Below, piece by piece: positions 8,996-18,337 of a stretch of 64,000 bases of DNA. Under the pieces are notes generated by a model. That model was given only the letters and a program-made list of their open reading frames with translations, was not told the DNA's origin and ran no database searches. The DNA comes from Candidatus Latescibacterota bacterium (GTDB lineage Bacteria; Latescibacterota; UBA2968; GCA-2709665). The stretch's first letter is position 1; each line of letters begins with the position of its first letter. The stretch covers positions 3,552,001 through 3,616,000 of the forward strand of contig OZ244937.1 of NCBI GenBank assembly GCA_965222075.1, given 5' to 3'. A program made the position numbers and the translations under genes.

Positions 8996-10082
8996 GAAGA
9001 AAAATAAGCGGAGGCCTGCGGCGCTGACACATCCTGGTAGAGCTGACCGCATCCCGCAGCAATCTCGACCCCCTTGCTGTAGCGCACCGTGGCCGTCAGA
9101 TAGGCATCGGCTAAGATCTCAACAAAGCGGTCAATACAGGGCTGGGGGGGTCGGAGAAACGGCGCGTCGTGAATGGGATTCCAGGGAATCAGATTGATTT
9201 TACAGGAGATATTCCGAACCAGCTTCACCAACCGCCGGGCGTCATCGGGGGTATCGTTGAATCCGTGGAGCAGAACGTATTCAAACGTCACACGGCGGCC
9301 GGCCTTCTGCCGATAGGTGTGGGCAGCATCTAAAAGCGCGGAAATGGGCCACTTCCGGTTGATCGACATAATCTGGGTGCGCTGCGCATCGGTGGTCGCA
9401 TTCAGCGAGATGGCCAGACCGACCTTGAGCCCTTCCTCTGCCAGCCGGAGAATCCCCGGCACATGGCCGACCGTTGACAGGGTAATCCGCCGCATCCCAA
9501 TCGCCGGGCCGTAATCTAAGTTCATCAACCGGATCGCGCGAACCACATTGTCGTAGTTGAGCAGCGGCTCCCCCATTCCCATCATCACTACATTGGTCAA
9601 ATCGTCGCCCTTTGCGGAGAGCCTGCGCCGAACGGCAATCAACTGATCCAGGATCTCTCCCGCCGTCAAGTCGCGCAGCAGTCCCATGCGTCCGGTGGCG
9701 CAAAAACCGCAGTCGAGCGGGCATCCCACCTGCGATGAGACACACAGGGTGCGGCGCCTGCCCTCCACCATCAGCACGCTCTCCACCCGCTGCCCGTCGG
9801 GCAGTTCAAACAGGACCTTCACCGTATGTCCATCCTCAGATCGAACCTCGGCCACCGCCCTCAGGTCCAGGACCGTCGCACGTTCCTTCAACTGGCCCCG
9901 CACGGCCTTGGACAGATCGGTCATCTCATCGAAATTCGTCGTTCCCCTGCGGTAGATCCAGGCCACAATCTGGCGGCCCCGGTAAGGTTCCAGCCCAATC
10001 GAAACGGCGAAGTCCTCTAACTCGCGGGGAAAAGCCCCTTCAGTTCCATCCGGGAGGCCCCGGTCGGTTCGGCCAAATCCAT
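8992..10082 (-). CDS. rlmN: 23S rRNA m2A2503 / tRNA radical-SAM methyltransferase RlmN (apparent 1-nt frameshift near 10026-10029)
   Basis: CVSSQVGCPLDCGFCATG, MGMGEPL, AAGCGQL. The N-terminus from ATG 10082 (RBS AAGGAGG) MDLAEPTGASRMELKGLFP joins ELEDFAVSIGLEPYRGRQ only if one C is added to a C4 run. Confidence 0.88.
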
Positions 10083-10159
10083 CGCTGTGTCCCCTCCTTG
10101 ACGGTCGAATTTCCCTTTACAGTACCCAAGCGGTGGGGAGAATGCAAGGAAAAATCGGG

Positions 10160-10188
10160 TTGACAGGCGTTGCATTTTGGCCTATCTT
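10160..10188 (+). promoter_or_regulatory. Sigma70-type promoter for M23 peptidase-larC
   Basis: TTGACA-N17-TATCTT. Confidence 0.6.
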
Positions 10189-10310
10189 CTCGTCCGTAGT
10201 ATCCACAGGACAATAGGTTACGTTATTTCTCCTGTCTATTTTTCGTACCCCTACCTTCCCCACCTGGGGACTTCCCTTTCCCTGTCAGGAACAACACAGA
10301 GAACCCCAAG

Positions 10311-11753
10311 ATGCCGGTCTACGACTTCGAGAGCCCTGCAGCGCCGCCCAAACCTCCCTCCCGCTTCCGGAAACCGGGCTTTTTCCTCCTCCTGGGCCTG
10401 CTGATCGCCCTGGGGGCCGTCTGGTTGAACCAGGCGCAAGAGGCAGATCCTGAACCGGAGCACGCCGCCGGGGCACGCCCCATCGGCGATCTCGAAGCCG
10501 TAGCAGTGCCCCCCCACGATACCTTCCCCGCAGAGTCCGAACCCCAGTTTATGGAAATCTCCGGACGTATTCGGCGGGAAGAGGTCTTTTCGGAAGCCCT
10601 CAAACGCGAGGACATCTCGCACGTCCAGGTTTTTGAACTCGTCTCAGCCGTCCGAAAAGGCGTACACCGCGCCGAGTTTAATCCAAATATCGTCCAGAGG
10701 GGCGACGGCTACCGGATCAAGGTCGACAGCCTGGGTGTCATCCACAGGTTTGAATACACCCAAAAAGGGGCAGTGGACACCCGATTTATCGCCCAACGGC
10801 AAAACGGCGTGCTGGTGGCCTGGAAAGAACGCATCCCCTTAGACCGCCAGGTGGTGATCGTCTCCGGACAAATCGAAGACATGCTCTGGAACGCCCTGAT
10901 TGCCACCGGAGAAAACCCCGCTGCCCTCAGCGCCAAAATGACGGACATCTTCGAGTACTACATCGACTTTATGGTCGACTGCCGAAAGGGAGACCGCTTT
11001 TCACTGGCCGTCGAGAAATTCTTTAAAGATGGGGGATTCGTCCGCTACGGAGAGGTCCTGTGCGCCGAGTACCGGGCCGCCCGAAAAGGCTACCAGGCCT
11101 TCCTCTACGAAGCCCCGGATGGAAATGGGGATTACTACGATGCCGAAGGCAGATCCCTGCGTGGGCTCTTCTTAAAATCGCCCCTCAACTACCGGCGGAT
11201 CAGTTCCAGGTACAGCGGCCGGCGTTTCCACCCCATCCTCAAGAAATTTATCCCTCACCACGGCATCGACTACGCCGCCAATTATGGCACCCCCGTATGG
11301 GCCACGGCCGCCGGTGCGGTTACCTTTATCGGCCGCAAACGCGCCCTGGGCAACTACATCGAAATCCGTCACAAAAACGGGTACAAAACCGGCTACGGCC
11401 ACCTGAGCCGGTTTCGCAAAGGCCTGAAGCAGGGATCGTATGTCAACCAGAAGCAGACCATCGGCTATGTGGGGGCCACAGGGCGCGCAACAGGTCCACA
11501 CTTGCACTACAACTTCTTCACGCTCAAAAGGAGGAAATATCGCCTGGCCAATCCGGCGAGGGTGGTCAACCGCCCAACGGGCAAATCGGTCCCCAAAGTC
11601 CACAAAGACCGCTTTTTGCGCCACCGCGACAGGCTCTGGGCGCTCCTCAACCGCACAAACGGCTCGGTCGTAACCGCCGCTTTAAACGCCCAACCCGAGG
11701 CCAAAGGCCCGGACAGAGAACCCACACCCCCAGTCTCCGGTTCCACACAATAA
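10311..11753 (+). CDS. M23 family peptidoglycan DD-endopeptidase (MepM/Csd3-like)
   Basis: N-terminal TM, RFHPIL…HHGIDYAA, YGHLS, ATGPHLHY zinc motifs. Confidence 0.9.
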   Translation: MPVYDFESPAAPPKPPSRFRKPGFFLLLGLLIALGAVWLNQAQEADPEPEHAAGARPIGDLEAVAVPPHDTFPAESEPQFMEISGRIRREEVFSEALKREDISHVQVFELVSAVRKGVHRAEFNPNIVQRGDGYRIKVDSLGVIHRFEYTQKGAVDTRFIAQRQNGVLVAWKERIPLDRQVVIVSGQIEDMLWNALIATGENPAALSAKMTDIFEYYIDFMVDCRKGDRFSLAVEKFFKDGGFVRYGEVLCAEYRAARKGYQAFLYEAPDGNGDYYDAEGRSLRGLFLKSPLNYRRISSRYSGRRFHPILKKFIPHHGIDYAANYGTPVWATAAGAVTFIGRKRALGNYIEIRHKNGYKTGYGHLSRFRKGLKQGSYVNQKQTIGYVGATGRATGPHLHYNFFTLKRRKYRLANPARVVNRPTGKSVPKVHKDRFLRHRDRLWALLNRTNGSVVTAALNAQPEAKGPDREPTPPVSGSTQ

Positions 11754-11766
11754 TGAAACGGCAGAT

Positions 11767-12933
11767 ATGAAAACCGCCTACTTCGACACCTTTGCAGGCA
11801 TCAGTGGAGATATGGTGCTGGGTGCGCTGATAGACGCCGGGCTGTCCCTGGAATCCCTTCAACGGGAACTGGAAAAACTCGGCCTGCGCGAATACCGGAT
11901 CGGTGCTCGGAAGGTAAAAAAGCACGGCATATCGGCCACAAAAGTCGATGTCACCGCAAGTGAAGGGCACGTCCACCGCCGCTTGGTGGACGTCCTTGAC
12001 ATCATCAACCAAAGCGGCATCTCCAAAGAGGCCCAAAAACGGGCGGGAAGGATTTTTCACCATCTGGCAGAGGCAGAAGCCAAAGTACACGGCACCACCA
12101 TCAACCGCGTCCACTTTCACGAGGTTGGTGCCGTAGACGCCATCATCGATGTCGTGGGCGCCGTGGTGGGCCTGGAACTGCTCGGTGTAGAAAGGGTCTG
12201 CGCATCCGTCCTTCGCTTCGGGCGGGGAACCACAAAAGGGGCACACGGCGCCATGCCCATCCCCGTACCTGCCGTGGCCGCCCTGTGTAAGGGCCTGCCC
12301 GCCGAGCGCACCGACATTCCATACGAACTGGTCACCCCCACCGGTGCGGCCATTCTTACAACGCTGGCATCCCAAATCGGAGGTCGGATCACCCTGTGCG
12401 CAGAACACGTCGGCTATGGCGCAGGAAGTCGGGACCTAAACCAGGTCCCCAACCTGCTCCGGGTAGAAATCGGCGAACAGGACCTCGACCTGCAGACGGA
12501 TACCCTCACGCTGATCGAAACCAACATCGACGACATGACGCCCGAAATCTACGGCTACCTCATCGACCGCCTCCTGGAGGGTGGGGCACGAGATGCCTAC
12601 CTTACCCCGCTTATCATGAAAAAAGGGCGCCCCGGCACCACGATCAGTGTCTTGGCCGACACCCCCCAAGTCCCCCCCTTAGTCGATATCCTCTTCCGGG
12701 AAACCACCACCCTCGGCGTGCGCCTCACACAGGTCAATCGCCTGAAACTCTCCCGTCGGTGCGGAACCGTTGAAACCCCCTTTGGAACCGTAGACGTAAA
12801 AATCGCTGAATACAGTGGACGCACCCGCATCGCGCCCGAGTTTGAAGACTGCGCCCGAATCGCCCGCCAGCAGAACGTGCCCATCTTGGACGTCTACCGG
12901 ACGGTCATCGCCTCCCAAGACCAAAACAGGTAG
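11767..12933 (+). CDS. larC: Nickel-pincer cofactor nickel insertase LarC
   Basis: YFDTFAGISGDMVLGAL, VHFHEVGAVDAIIDV, ELVTPTGAA, ETNIDD, MKKGRPG, ETTTLGVR, PEFED. Confidence 0.92.
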   Translation: MKTAYFDTFAGISGDMVLGALIDAGLSLESLQRELEKLGLREYRIGARKVKKHGISATKVDVTASEGHVHRRLVDVLDIINQSGISKEAQKRAGRIFHHLAEAEAKVHGTTINRVHFHEVGAVDAIIDVVGAVVGLELLGVERVCASVLRFGRGTTKGAHGAMPIPVPAVAALCKGLPAERTDIPYELVTPTGAAILTTLASQIGGRITLCAEHVGYGAGSRDLNQVPNLLRVEIGEQDLDLQTDTLTLIETNIDDMTPEIYGYLIDRLLEGGARDAYLTPLIMKKGRPGTTISVLADTPQVPPLVDILFRETTTLGVRLTQVNRLKLSRRCGTVETPFGTVDVKIAEYSGRTRIAPEFEDCARIARQQNVPILDVYRTVIASQDQNR

Positions 12934-12945
12934 GAATACATTTAA

Positions 12946-12965
12946 GGGCACGGCATGCCGTGCCC
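12946..12965. repeat. Perfect 20-bp palindrome, REP-like
   Basis: GGGCACGGCATGCCGTGCCC between convergent genes. A related copy is at 23211-23233. Confidence 0.7.
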
Positions 12966-12993
12966 CACCCGGCCAATCCTTCACCCAAATCCC

Positions 12994-13239
12994 TCACCCC
13001 TCCTCGTCCATCCCTTCCAGCGTCTGCCTCAGTGCCTCCAGCGTCGCAATCTCTCCTTCTCCCTCGTGTGCACCCTCCTCTACCCCCGCCTCTGTCCCAA
13101 ACACAAAGTGCTCAAAATCCCGGAGAAACTTCAGACAGTGCCACACCCCCGTTCGCTCGAAGTCTTCTGTACAGAGTTCCCTGGGGATCGGGCACCCATC
13201 GTAAAGCCCCCTCGGGCAGGGTCGCCGTGTCTTTCCCAT
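12994..13239 (-). CDS. Small hypothetical protein with four Cys
   Basis: ATG 13239 with GGAGG RBS; MGKTRRPCPRGLYDGCPIPRELCTEDFERTGVWHCLKFL…; co-oriented behind the lipoprotein gene. Confidence 0.5.
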   Translation of the reverse strand: MGKTRRPCPRGLYDGCPIPRELCTEDFERTGVWHCLKFLRDFEHFVFGTEAGVEEGAHEGEGEIATLEALRQTLEGMDEEG

Positions 13240-13275
13240 AAGCCCCCTCCACCCCCCAGTTTTCAGTTGCACCCC

Positions 13276-13797
13276 CTACCGTATCCTTTTCCAGGTATCG
13301 ACAAACACTTCGGGGAACACCGCGGTCATGGTATCCCCTTTGAACACCTGATAAAATCCCCTTTCATGGGAAATCTTGATCACCCCATCTTCCTCCACCG
13401 AAATCTTTCCCTTGGCCGTTTTCGCTTTGAGATAACCCGATATAGGGCTCTCTGCCGAAGACCGATAGCCCTGCCGGATAAGCAGATGACGTTTGCGCGT
13501 AATCGCCGATGTTGACACCTCGTAGGTGCTGGCCGCGTAATCAAAGGCCCGTGGGAAGTGGTCGCCCTCATCGATCAATACATTAAGGGTGACATGGGCT
13601 TTTCGAGAATCGATTGGCACCCACGAAAAAGCACCTGAAATCCGGGGCGATTGAATGAGGGTTCTATCGGACAATTCACGTGATTCCAGCACCCATGTCC
13701 CTTTTAACTGGTTTTGCATATCCGCCAGCCGATCGCTGCACCCTGGCACACTCCCCATCGCCAGCAGCCACAGCCCCACGGCGATCCAACGTCTCAT
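13276..13797 (-). CDS. Lipoprotein, lipocalin-like domain
   Basis: Signal with lipobox VPG|C and LKGTW (GxW) motif; AAGGAGG RBS. Confidence 0.65.
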   Translation of the reverse strand: MRRWIAVGLWLLAMGSVPGCSDRLADMQNQLKGTWVLESRELSDRTLIQSPRISGAFSWVPIDSRKAHVTLNVLIDEGDHFPRAFDYAASTYEVSTSAITRKRHLLIRQGYRSSAESPISGYLKAKTAKGKISVEEDGVIKISHERGFYQVFKGDTMTAVFPEVFVDTWKRIR

Positions 13798-13814
13798 GCC
13801 GACCTCCTTTTAAA

Positions 13815-13872
13815 TTGCGGAGTGTGGAATGCGAATTGCGGAACGAAGGCTTTCCAACCCGAAATCCGAAAT
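13815..13872. repeat. Degenerate heptamer tandem/inverted repeats (TTGCGGA / TCCGAAA type)
   Basis: ttgcgga gtgtgga atgcgaa ttgcgga … cccgaaa tccgaaa. Confidence 0.5.
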
Positions 13873-13931
13873 CATCAGCCCCAAGCCTCTCTTCGCCTAC
13901 AGTATATTCCCCATGCCTGTACCTGTCAAGC

Positions 13932-13968
13932 AAAAAAGGTCCCGAAGACAAAGCCTGCCTTCGGGACC
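13932..13968 (-). terminator. Intrinsic terminator after hup
   Basis: GGTCCCGAAG…CTTCGGGACC stem followed on the minus strand by T6. Confidence 0.75.
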
Positions 13969-13995
13969 CTATAACCGGGATAGAATGCATCATAC

Positions 13996-14271
13996 CTATT
14001 GCACAGAATCTTTAAGCGCTTTTCCAGCCTTAAAACGAACCGTCTTACTCGCAGCAATCTGAATCGTAGCCCCCGTTTGTGGGTTGCGGCCCGTCCGGGC
14101 GGCCCTGCTTCCCACAGAAAATGTTCCGAAGCCGGAAATAGAAACCCGTTCTCCTTTCCTGAGCGCCTCGGTAATCTCTCCCAGCGCCGCCTCCAGGGCG
14201 GCGCCGGCTGCCCCCTTCGCAATATCGGCCTTCTCAGCGATCGCATCAATCAGATCTGCCTTGTTCGGCAT
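13996..14271 (-). CDS. hup: HU family DNA-binding protein
   Basis: NKADLI…[12 protein letters not shown]…[29 protein letters not shown]. Confidence 0.95.
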   Translation of the reverse strand: MPNKADLIDAIAEKADIAKGAAGAALEAALGEITEALRKGERVSISGFGTFSVGSRAARTGRNPQTGATIQIAASKTVRFKAGKALKDSVQ

Positions 14272-14302
14272 AGTCTCACCCCCTTTCTCCAAAAGACGCC
14301 TT

Positions 14303-14332
14303 AATATAGGTCCAAATGAGGGGTTTTGTCAA
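14303..14332 (-). promoter_or_regulatory. Sigma70-type promoter for hup
   Basis: Minus strand TTGACA-N18-TATATT. Confidence 0.6.
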
Positions 14333-14373
14333 GCTACGCCACGGTTTTTACGCCTCCCATAAGTGATTTCTCC

Positions 14374-14402
14374 TTGAATCTAAAGGGGTTATCTCCTATA
14401 TT
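14374..14402 (+). promoter_or_regulatory. Divergent sigma70-type promoter with no downstream plus-strand gene
   Basis: TTGAAT-N17-TATATT. Confidence 0.5.
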
Positions 14403-14410
14403 TTTTCCTC

Positions 14411-14499
14411 TTCCAGTGGGGTCCTAATTTCCAGTATCCTGATCAGATAAAATGAAAAAGGGATACCCTCAGGGCTCCCTCACATTTTCACCACGGGAA
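14411..14499 (+). ncRNA. Candidate structured small/antisense RNA
   Basis: Begins just after the 14374-14402 promoter. Nested pairings TTCC.GTGG/CCAC.GGAA, GGGGTCCT/AGGGCTCC and GTATCC/GGATAC. Confidence 0.3.
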
Positions 14500-14507
14500 A
14501 ATGACCT

Positions 14508-14987
14508 TCAGCAGGCCACCTGCTCCTTTTTTTCATCCTCGCCTTTCAAAATCTCAAGAACCTCTCCCGGTGTCCGTGCTTCTAAGAGTTTCCCACGTAC
14601 CGATCCCATATAAAGCAATCGGGCAATCTCGGCCACGGTTTTTAGATAGGCCTGCCCGTGTTTTTCCGGCCATCCGATCAGAACCAGAAGGTGCACCCGT
14701 TCCCCTTCCGCCCACGCGATCCCCTTCTGAGAGATCCCGAGGCCGATCACGGGCTCCAGCACCGAGTCGTTCCGATAGTGGGGAATGGCCACCCCCTTGC
14801 CAACCCCGGTGCCAAGCTGGGCCTCTTGTTGAAAGAGCCTGGAAAGAAACAGCCTGAAATCGGATATTTCCGGACCATCCTCCATCCGAGAGGCCACCTC
14901 ACGGATGGCACGGCCCTTCTTTTGCGCCTTCAATTCAACAAGGATACGATCTTCCTTCAAATACCTGAACAGGTTGGCCATGCTCAT
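14508..14987 (-). CDS. PTS EIIA (Ntr/fructose-mannitol type) domain protein
   Basis: GTGVGKGVAIPHYR with phosphorylatable His, LGISQKGI.W, VHLLVLIGWP. Confidence 0.85.
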   Translation of the reverse strand: MSMANLFRYLKEDRILVELKAQKKGRAIREVASRMEDGPEISDFRLFLSRLFQQEAQLGTGVGKGVAIPHYRNDSVLEPVIGLGISQKGIAWAEGERVHLLVLIGWPEKHGQAYLKTVAEIARLLYMGSVRGKLLEARTPGEVLEILKGEDEKKEQVAC

Positions 14988-15010
14988 CATTCCTCCCAAA
15001 TTGCATCTAC

Positions 15011-15862
15011 TCAGGCCGATTCCATCAGCGGTTCAAGTTGCGACCGGCGCCGGGGATGTCGCAGGCGGCGCAGCGCCTTCTCCTTGATCTGGCGCACGCG
15101 CTCCCGGGTCAGGTTAAAACGTGCCCCAATCTCTTCCAGCGTCAGGGATTCCTCGTTCCCCAGGCCAAAGTAGAGGCGAAGCACCTCTGCCTCCCGTTCG
15201 TCTAAGGAATCCAGTACCATTGCAACCTGCTCGCGGACCGAGTCATCAACCACCTCGATATCGGGCGCCTTCTGAGAGTGATCGGGCAGGATGTGAAGCA
15301 GGCTGTGGTCGTCGTCCTCACGGAAGGAGGCGTCCAAAGACCAGACGTCCCGCGCCCGCATCAGCGTATCCTGCACCATCTCCACAGACACGCCCAGCTT
15401 CTCGGCAATGGTTTCAGGTTCGGGGTCGGCCTCTTGGGACTGGCGCAGCTCCCGCGAAACCTTGGAGATATTGTGCAGCAGATCGATCCGGTTAATCGGC
15501 AGCCGGACAACGCGTGAATCCTGTGCCAGACTCTGATGAATCGCCTGCCGGATCCACCAGACCGCGTAGGAGATAAACTTGAAACCGCGGGCCCCATCAA
15601 ACCGCTCAGCAGCCGTCATCAACCCCATGTTGCCGGCGCTGATCAGATCGGCCAGAGGTACCCCGTGGTTTTGATACTCACGGGCCACACTAACCACAAA
15701 TCGGAGGTTGGCCGCAACCAGTTTATCCCTGGCCCTCTGATCACCCTTGCGAATCCGCTGCGCCAGTGCAATCTCTTCTTCAGCCGCAAGCGGTTCTGAA
15801 GAGGCAATATCCCTAAGATAAAGATCCAGAGACTCACTATCTTGAATCATAATCCCTGCCAC
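15011..15862 (-). CDS. RpoD/SigA-like sigma70 factor lacking region 1.1
   Basis: LDLYLRDI, ANLRFVVSVA, DLISAGNMGL..AAERFD..RGFKFISYAVWWIRQAI, TLEEIG.RFNLTRERVRQI.EKALRRLRHP. GTG 15862 follows an AAGGAGGT RBS. Confidence 0.9.
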   Translation of the reverse strand: MAGIMIQDSESLDLYLRDIASSEPLAAEEEIALAQRIRKGDQRARDKLVAANLRFVVSVAREYQNHGVPLADLISAGNMGLMTAAERFDGARGFKFISYAVWWIRQAIHQSLAQDSRVVRLPINRIDLLHNISKVSRELRQSQEADPEPETIAEKLGVSVEMVQDTLMRARDVWSLDASFREDDDHSLLHILPDHSQKAPDIEVVDDSVREQVAMVLDSLDEREAEVLRLYFGLGNEESLTLEEIGARFNLTRERVRQIKEKALRRLRHPRRRSQLEPLMESA

Positions 15863-15924
15863 TGATCCAACCTCCTTAAAGAAGTACACCATAATTTGGG
15901 TATAGGATTACCGAGAAAAACCCT

Positions 15925-16509
15925 TCATTCAAAAAGCACCCACGCCCGATTCCTTTGACCTTTCAGGACACTCCGGCACAAGAATCCGTACATCTCCTCG
16001 GATGTGTGGCACCTCAGCAGTCCCGAGCGAAACGTCCGGTCCCGAAAGCGCCCCGCCAGGGTCCCCGACAGATGCAGGTAGTCCTCCTCTCCGATCACAG
16101 GCACGGCCAGCAAACAGAGCAGATGCACTCGCTGGGGATAGCGTTCCGAATGGAAATCGACGCCCTGCCGGGAGATCCCAAATGCCACATCCAGCCGGGT
16201 GGTCGATCGGCACCGCGCGTGGGGAAAGGCAACGCCTTTTTCAAGCACGGTGCTCTCTAAGTCCTCTCGATCCAAAACCGATTGCAAAAAGGCCAGACTA
16301 TCGGTCACACAGCCGGCTCTGTGCAATCGATCCACCATCTCCTTGATCGCCCCCATCCGGTCCGGAGATTGCAAATCCGGCACCATCAAGGCAGGATCGA
16401 ACCGAACCTCAGAGGGCGTCCCGCTGACAACCTGTTGCTTTCCAACCCCCGATCCATTCCCATCCCGTATCGAAGCCGGACCACTGTGGGGTGCGTTTTC
16501 CCCCGACAT
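15925..16509 (-). CDS. PTS EIIA (Ntr-type) domain protein
   Basis: LDREDLESTVLEKGVAFPHAR, FGISRQGVDF, VHLLCLLAVP. ATG 16509 with AAGGA RBS. Confidence 0.85.
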   Translation of the reverse strand: MSGENAPHSGPASIRDGNGSGVGKQQVVSGTPSEVRFDPALMVPDLQSPDRMGAIKEMVDRLHRAGCVTDSLAFLQSVLDREDLESTVLEKGVAFPHARCRSTTRLDVAFGISRQGVDFHSERYPQRVHLLCLLAVPVIGEEDYLHLSGTLAGRFRDRTFRSGLLRCHTSEEMYGFLCRSVLKGQRNRAWVLFE

Positions 16510-16570
16510 GTGAAAAATCCTTAGAAATGGTTCAAAAACAGTCGATTGTGACCGACGCGCCCGAGCGATA

Positions 16571-16585
16571 GTGCAAGTTTTGCAC
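16571..16585. promoter_or_regulatory. Third TGCAA-N3-TTGCA box, inside the transcribed leader
   Basis: GTGCAAGTTTTGCAC, same palindromic core as the boxes at 16834-16883. Confidence 0.5.
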
Positions 16586-16721
16586 GAATAGCCCACCAAC
16601 GGAAGGCCCCGGGTGCCGTCGACCGGCCACCGGAAACGCAAAAACCCGTTGTAAAACAAATCCCTACCCACCGGCGCCTTACCCGGTCATAACGCCCACA
16701 CTCCACCTGCCGCTAAATATT

Positions 16722-16738
16722 AGCAACTTTAATGCCAA
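16722..16738 (-). promoter_or_regulatory. Sigma54 (-24/-12) promoter
   Basis: Minus strand TTGGCATTAAAGTTGCT: GG-N10-GC with the TGGCA…TTGC consensus. Confidence 0.8.
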
Positions 16739-16833
16739 AACCGGGCATATATAAACCAACCATCTATTTTTAAGACAGTTGCTCCATGTGATCCCGGTCA
16801 CAAGAAGGCATAAAAATACCCGGCGCTTCTGTT

Positions 16834-16883
16834 TTTTGTGCAAAATTTGCACCCCAAACACCAACTTTTGTGCAAAATTTGCA
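16834..16883. promoter_or_regulatory. Tandem upstream activator (bEBP enhancer) sites
   Basis: Exact 18-bp repeat TTTTGTGCAAAATTTGCA at 16834-16851 and 16866-16883 (32-bp period, about 3 helical turns), about 100-150 bp upstream of the sigma54 site. Confidence 0.75.
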
Positions 16884-16963
16884 GAACGGCCATTCTTGCG
16901 GGAAATAGCGCCCCGTCACGTTCGACAGTCCAATGCCAAATGTTTTTCTATACGGTGTATCTA

Positions 16964-18337
16964 TTAAAACAGCTTGTACTTCCTGAGTTTATACTGAAGC
17001 GTCCGAACGCTGATCCCCAGGATCGCCGCAGCCTCCTTCCGGTTGGAGGTCACCTGCGCAAGCGTCTTCTCGATCAGTGCCCGCTCCATCTGTGCAATCG
17101 AAGATCGCAGCGGCACAGTGAACTCCCCCGGTTCCGGGCCTGCCTCCCGCACCTGCGAGGGCAGACGCGCCGGCCCCACCTCCCGATCCGGGCAGGTCAC
17201 CACAATCCGCTCCACCACATTCTTCAACTCCCGGACGTTTCCCGGCCACGTATAGTCCAGGATCATCTGCACGGCATCCGGCGTCAGGTGTTTTCGCTCT
17301 TTGTGGTGCAAAGAACAGAGCTGGTCCATGAAGGTCTCGATCAGGAGCGGAATATCCTCCTTCCGGTCTCTCAGGAGCGGCATCCGGATGGGCACAACGT
17401 TGATCCGGTAGTAGAGGTCCGTCCGGAACCGTCTCTCCCGGACCTCGGTCTCCAGATCCCGATTTGTTGCGAAAATCATCCGCACATCGGACTTGACGGC
17501 TTCCATGCTCCCCACCGGCGTATAGACCTTTTCTTCCAGCACCCGCAACAGGTCCACCTGGTTTTGCAGGGGAATTTCACCGACCTCGTCCAGAAAGAGC
17601 GTGCTTCCCTCGGCCGCTGCAAACCGCCCCGGTTTATCGTCGTGTGCCCCGGTAAACGCCCCCTTGATGTGCCCAAACAGTTCGCTTTCAAACAGCGCCT
17701 CCGGAACCGCCCCGCAGTTCATCGCCACCAGGGGGCCGCCCCTTCGGTTGCTCCGCTGGTGGATGGCCTTGGCCACCAGTTCCTTCCCCGTTCCGGTTTG
17801 GCCCATAACCAGCACCGGCACATCGGTCATCGCGGCCTGTTCAAGGGTATCGCAAACCTGTTGCATCACCGCGCTTCGATGCACAATCTCCCCGAAGGTC
17901 TCTGCCGAATCCAGCCGCGCCCGCAGTTCCTTATTCTCCGCAACCAGCGCCTGGCGTTCTAAGAGGTGTTGCAGCGACAACTGCAGGCGCTTCAAATCCA
18001 CCGGCTTGGTCAGGTAGTCGTAAGCGCCCAGGCGCATGGCCTCTACAGCCGTAGAAACCTCGCCAAAAGCGGTCATAATAATCACACCCGTATCGGGGCT
18101 TTGCGCCTTCACTCGCTTCAACAGTGCCAACCCATCCCTGCCCGGCATCTTCAGATCGAATACGGCCGCATGGTAGATCCGTTCCTCCAGCAGCCGGACG
18201 GCCTCCTGTCCATCGTAGGCCACATCCACAGCATAATTGGCCTTCATCAGCGACTCTTTGAGGCCTTCACAGATATGGTATTCATCGTCGGCGATGAGAA
18301 TGTGTATCTCTGTCGTCTCCATCCCGGCTCTGCTCAT
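16964..18337 (-). CDS. Sigma54-dependent response regulator (NtrC/AtoC family: REC-AAA+-Fis HTH)
   Basis: ADDE…DLKMPG, GQTGTGKELVA, ESELFGHIKGAFTGA, FLDEVGE, WPGNVREL, C-terminal HTH. Confidence 0.95.
   Translation of the reverse strand: MSRAGMETTEIHILIADDEYHICEGLKESLMKANYAVDVAYDGQEAVRLLEERIYHAAVFDLKMPGRDGLALLKRVKAQSPDTGVIIMTAFGEVSTAVEAMRLGAYDYLTKPVDLKRLQLSLQHLLERQALVAENKELRARLDSAETFGEIVHRSAVMQQVCDTLEQAAMTDVPVLVMGQTGTGKELVAKAIHQRSNRRGGPLVAMNCGAVPEALFESELFGHIKGAFTGAHDDKPGRFAAAEGSTLFLDEVGEIPLQNQVDLLRVLEEKVYTPVGSMEAVKSDVRMIFATNRDLETEVRERRFRTDLYYRINVVPIRMPLLRDRKEDIPLLIETFMDQLCSLHHKERKHLTPDAVQMILDYTWPGNVRELKNVVERIVVTCPDREVGPARLPSQVREAGPEPGEFTVPLRSSIAQMERALIEKTLAQVTSNRKEAAAILGISVRTLQYKLRKYKLF

Noticed and set aside
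16834-16883. Direct repeats as CRISPR or IS ends
   Set aside because: Only two copies with a 14-bp gap, and their position fits sigma54 enhancer sites.
16838-17962. 374-aa plus-strand ORF
   Set aside because: Antisense shadow of the sigma54 activator.
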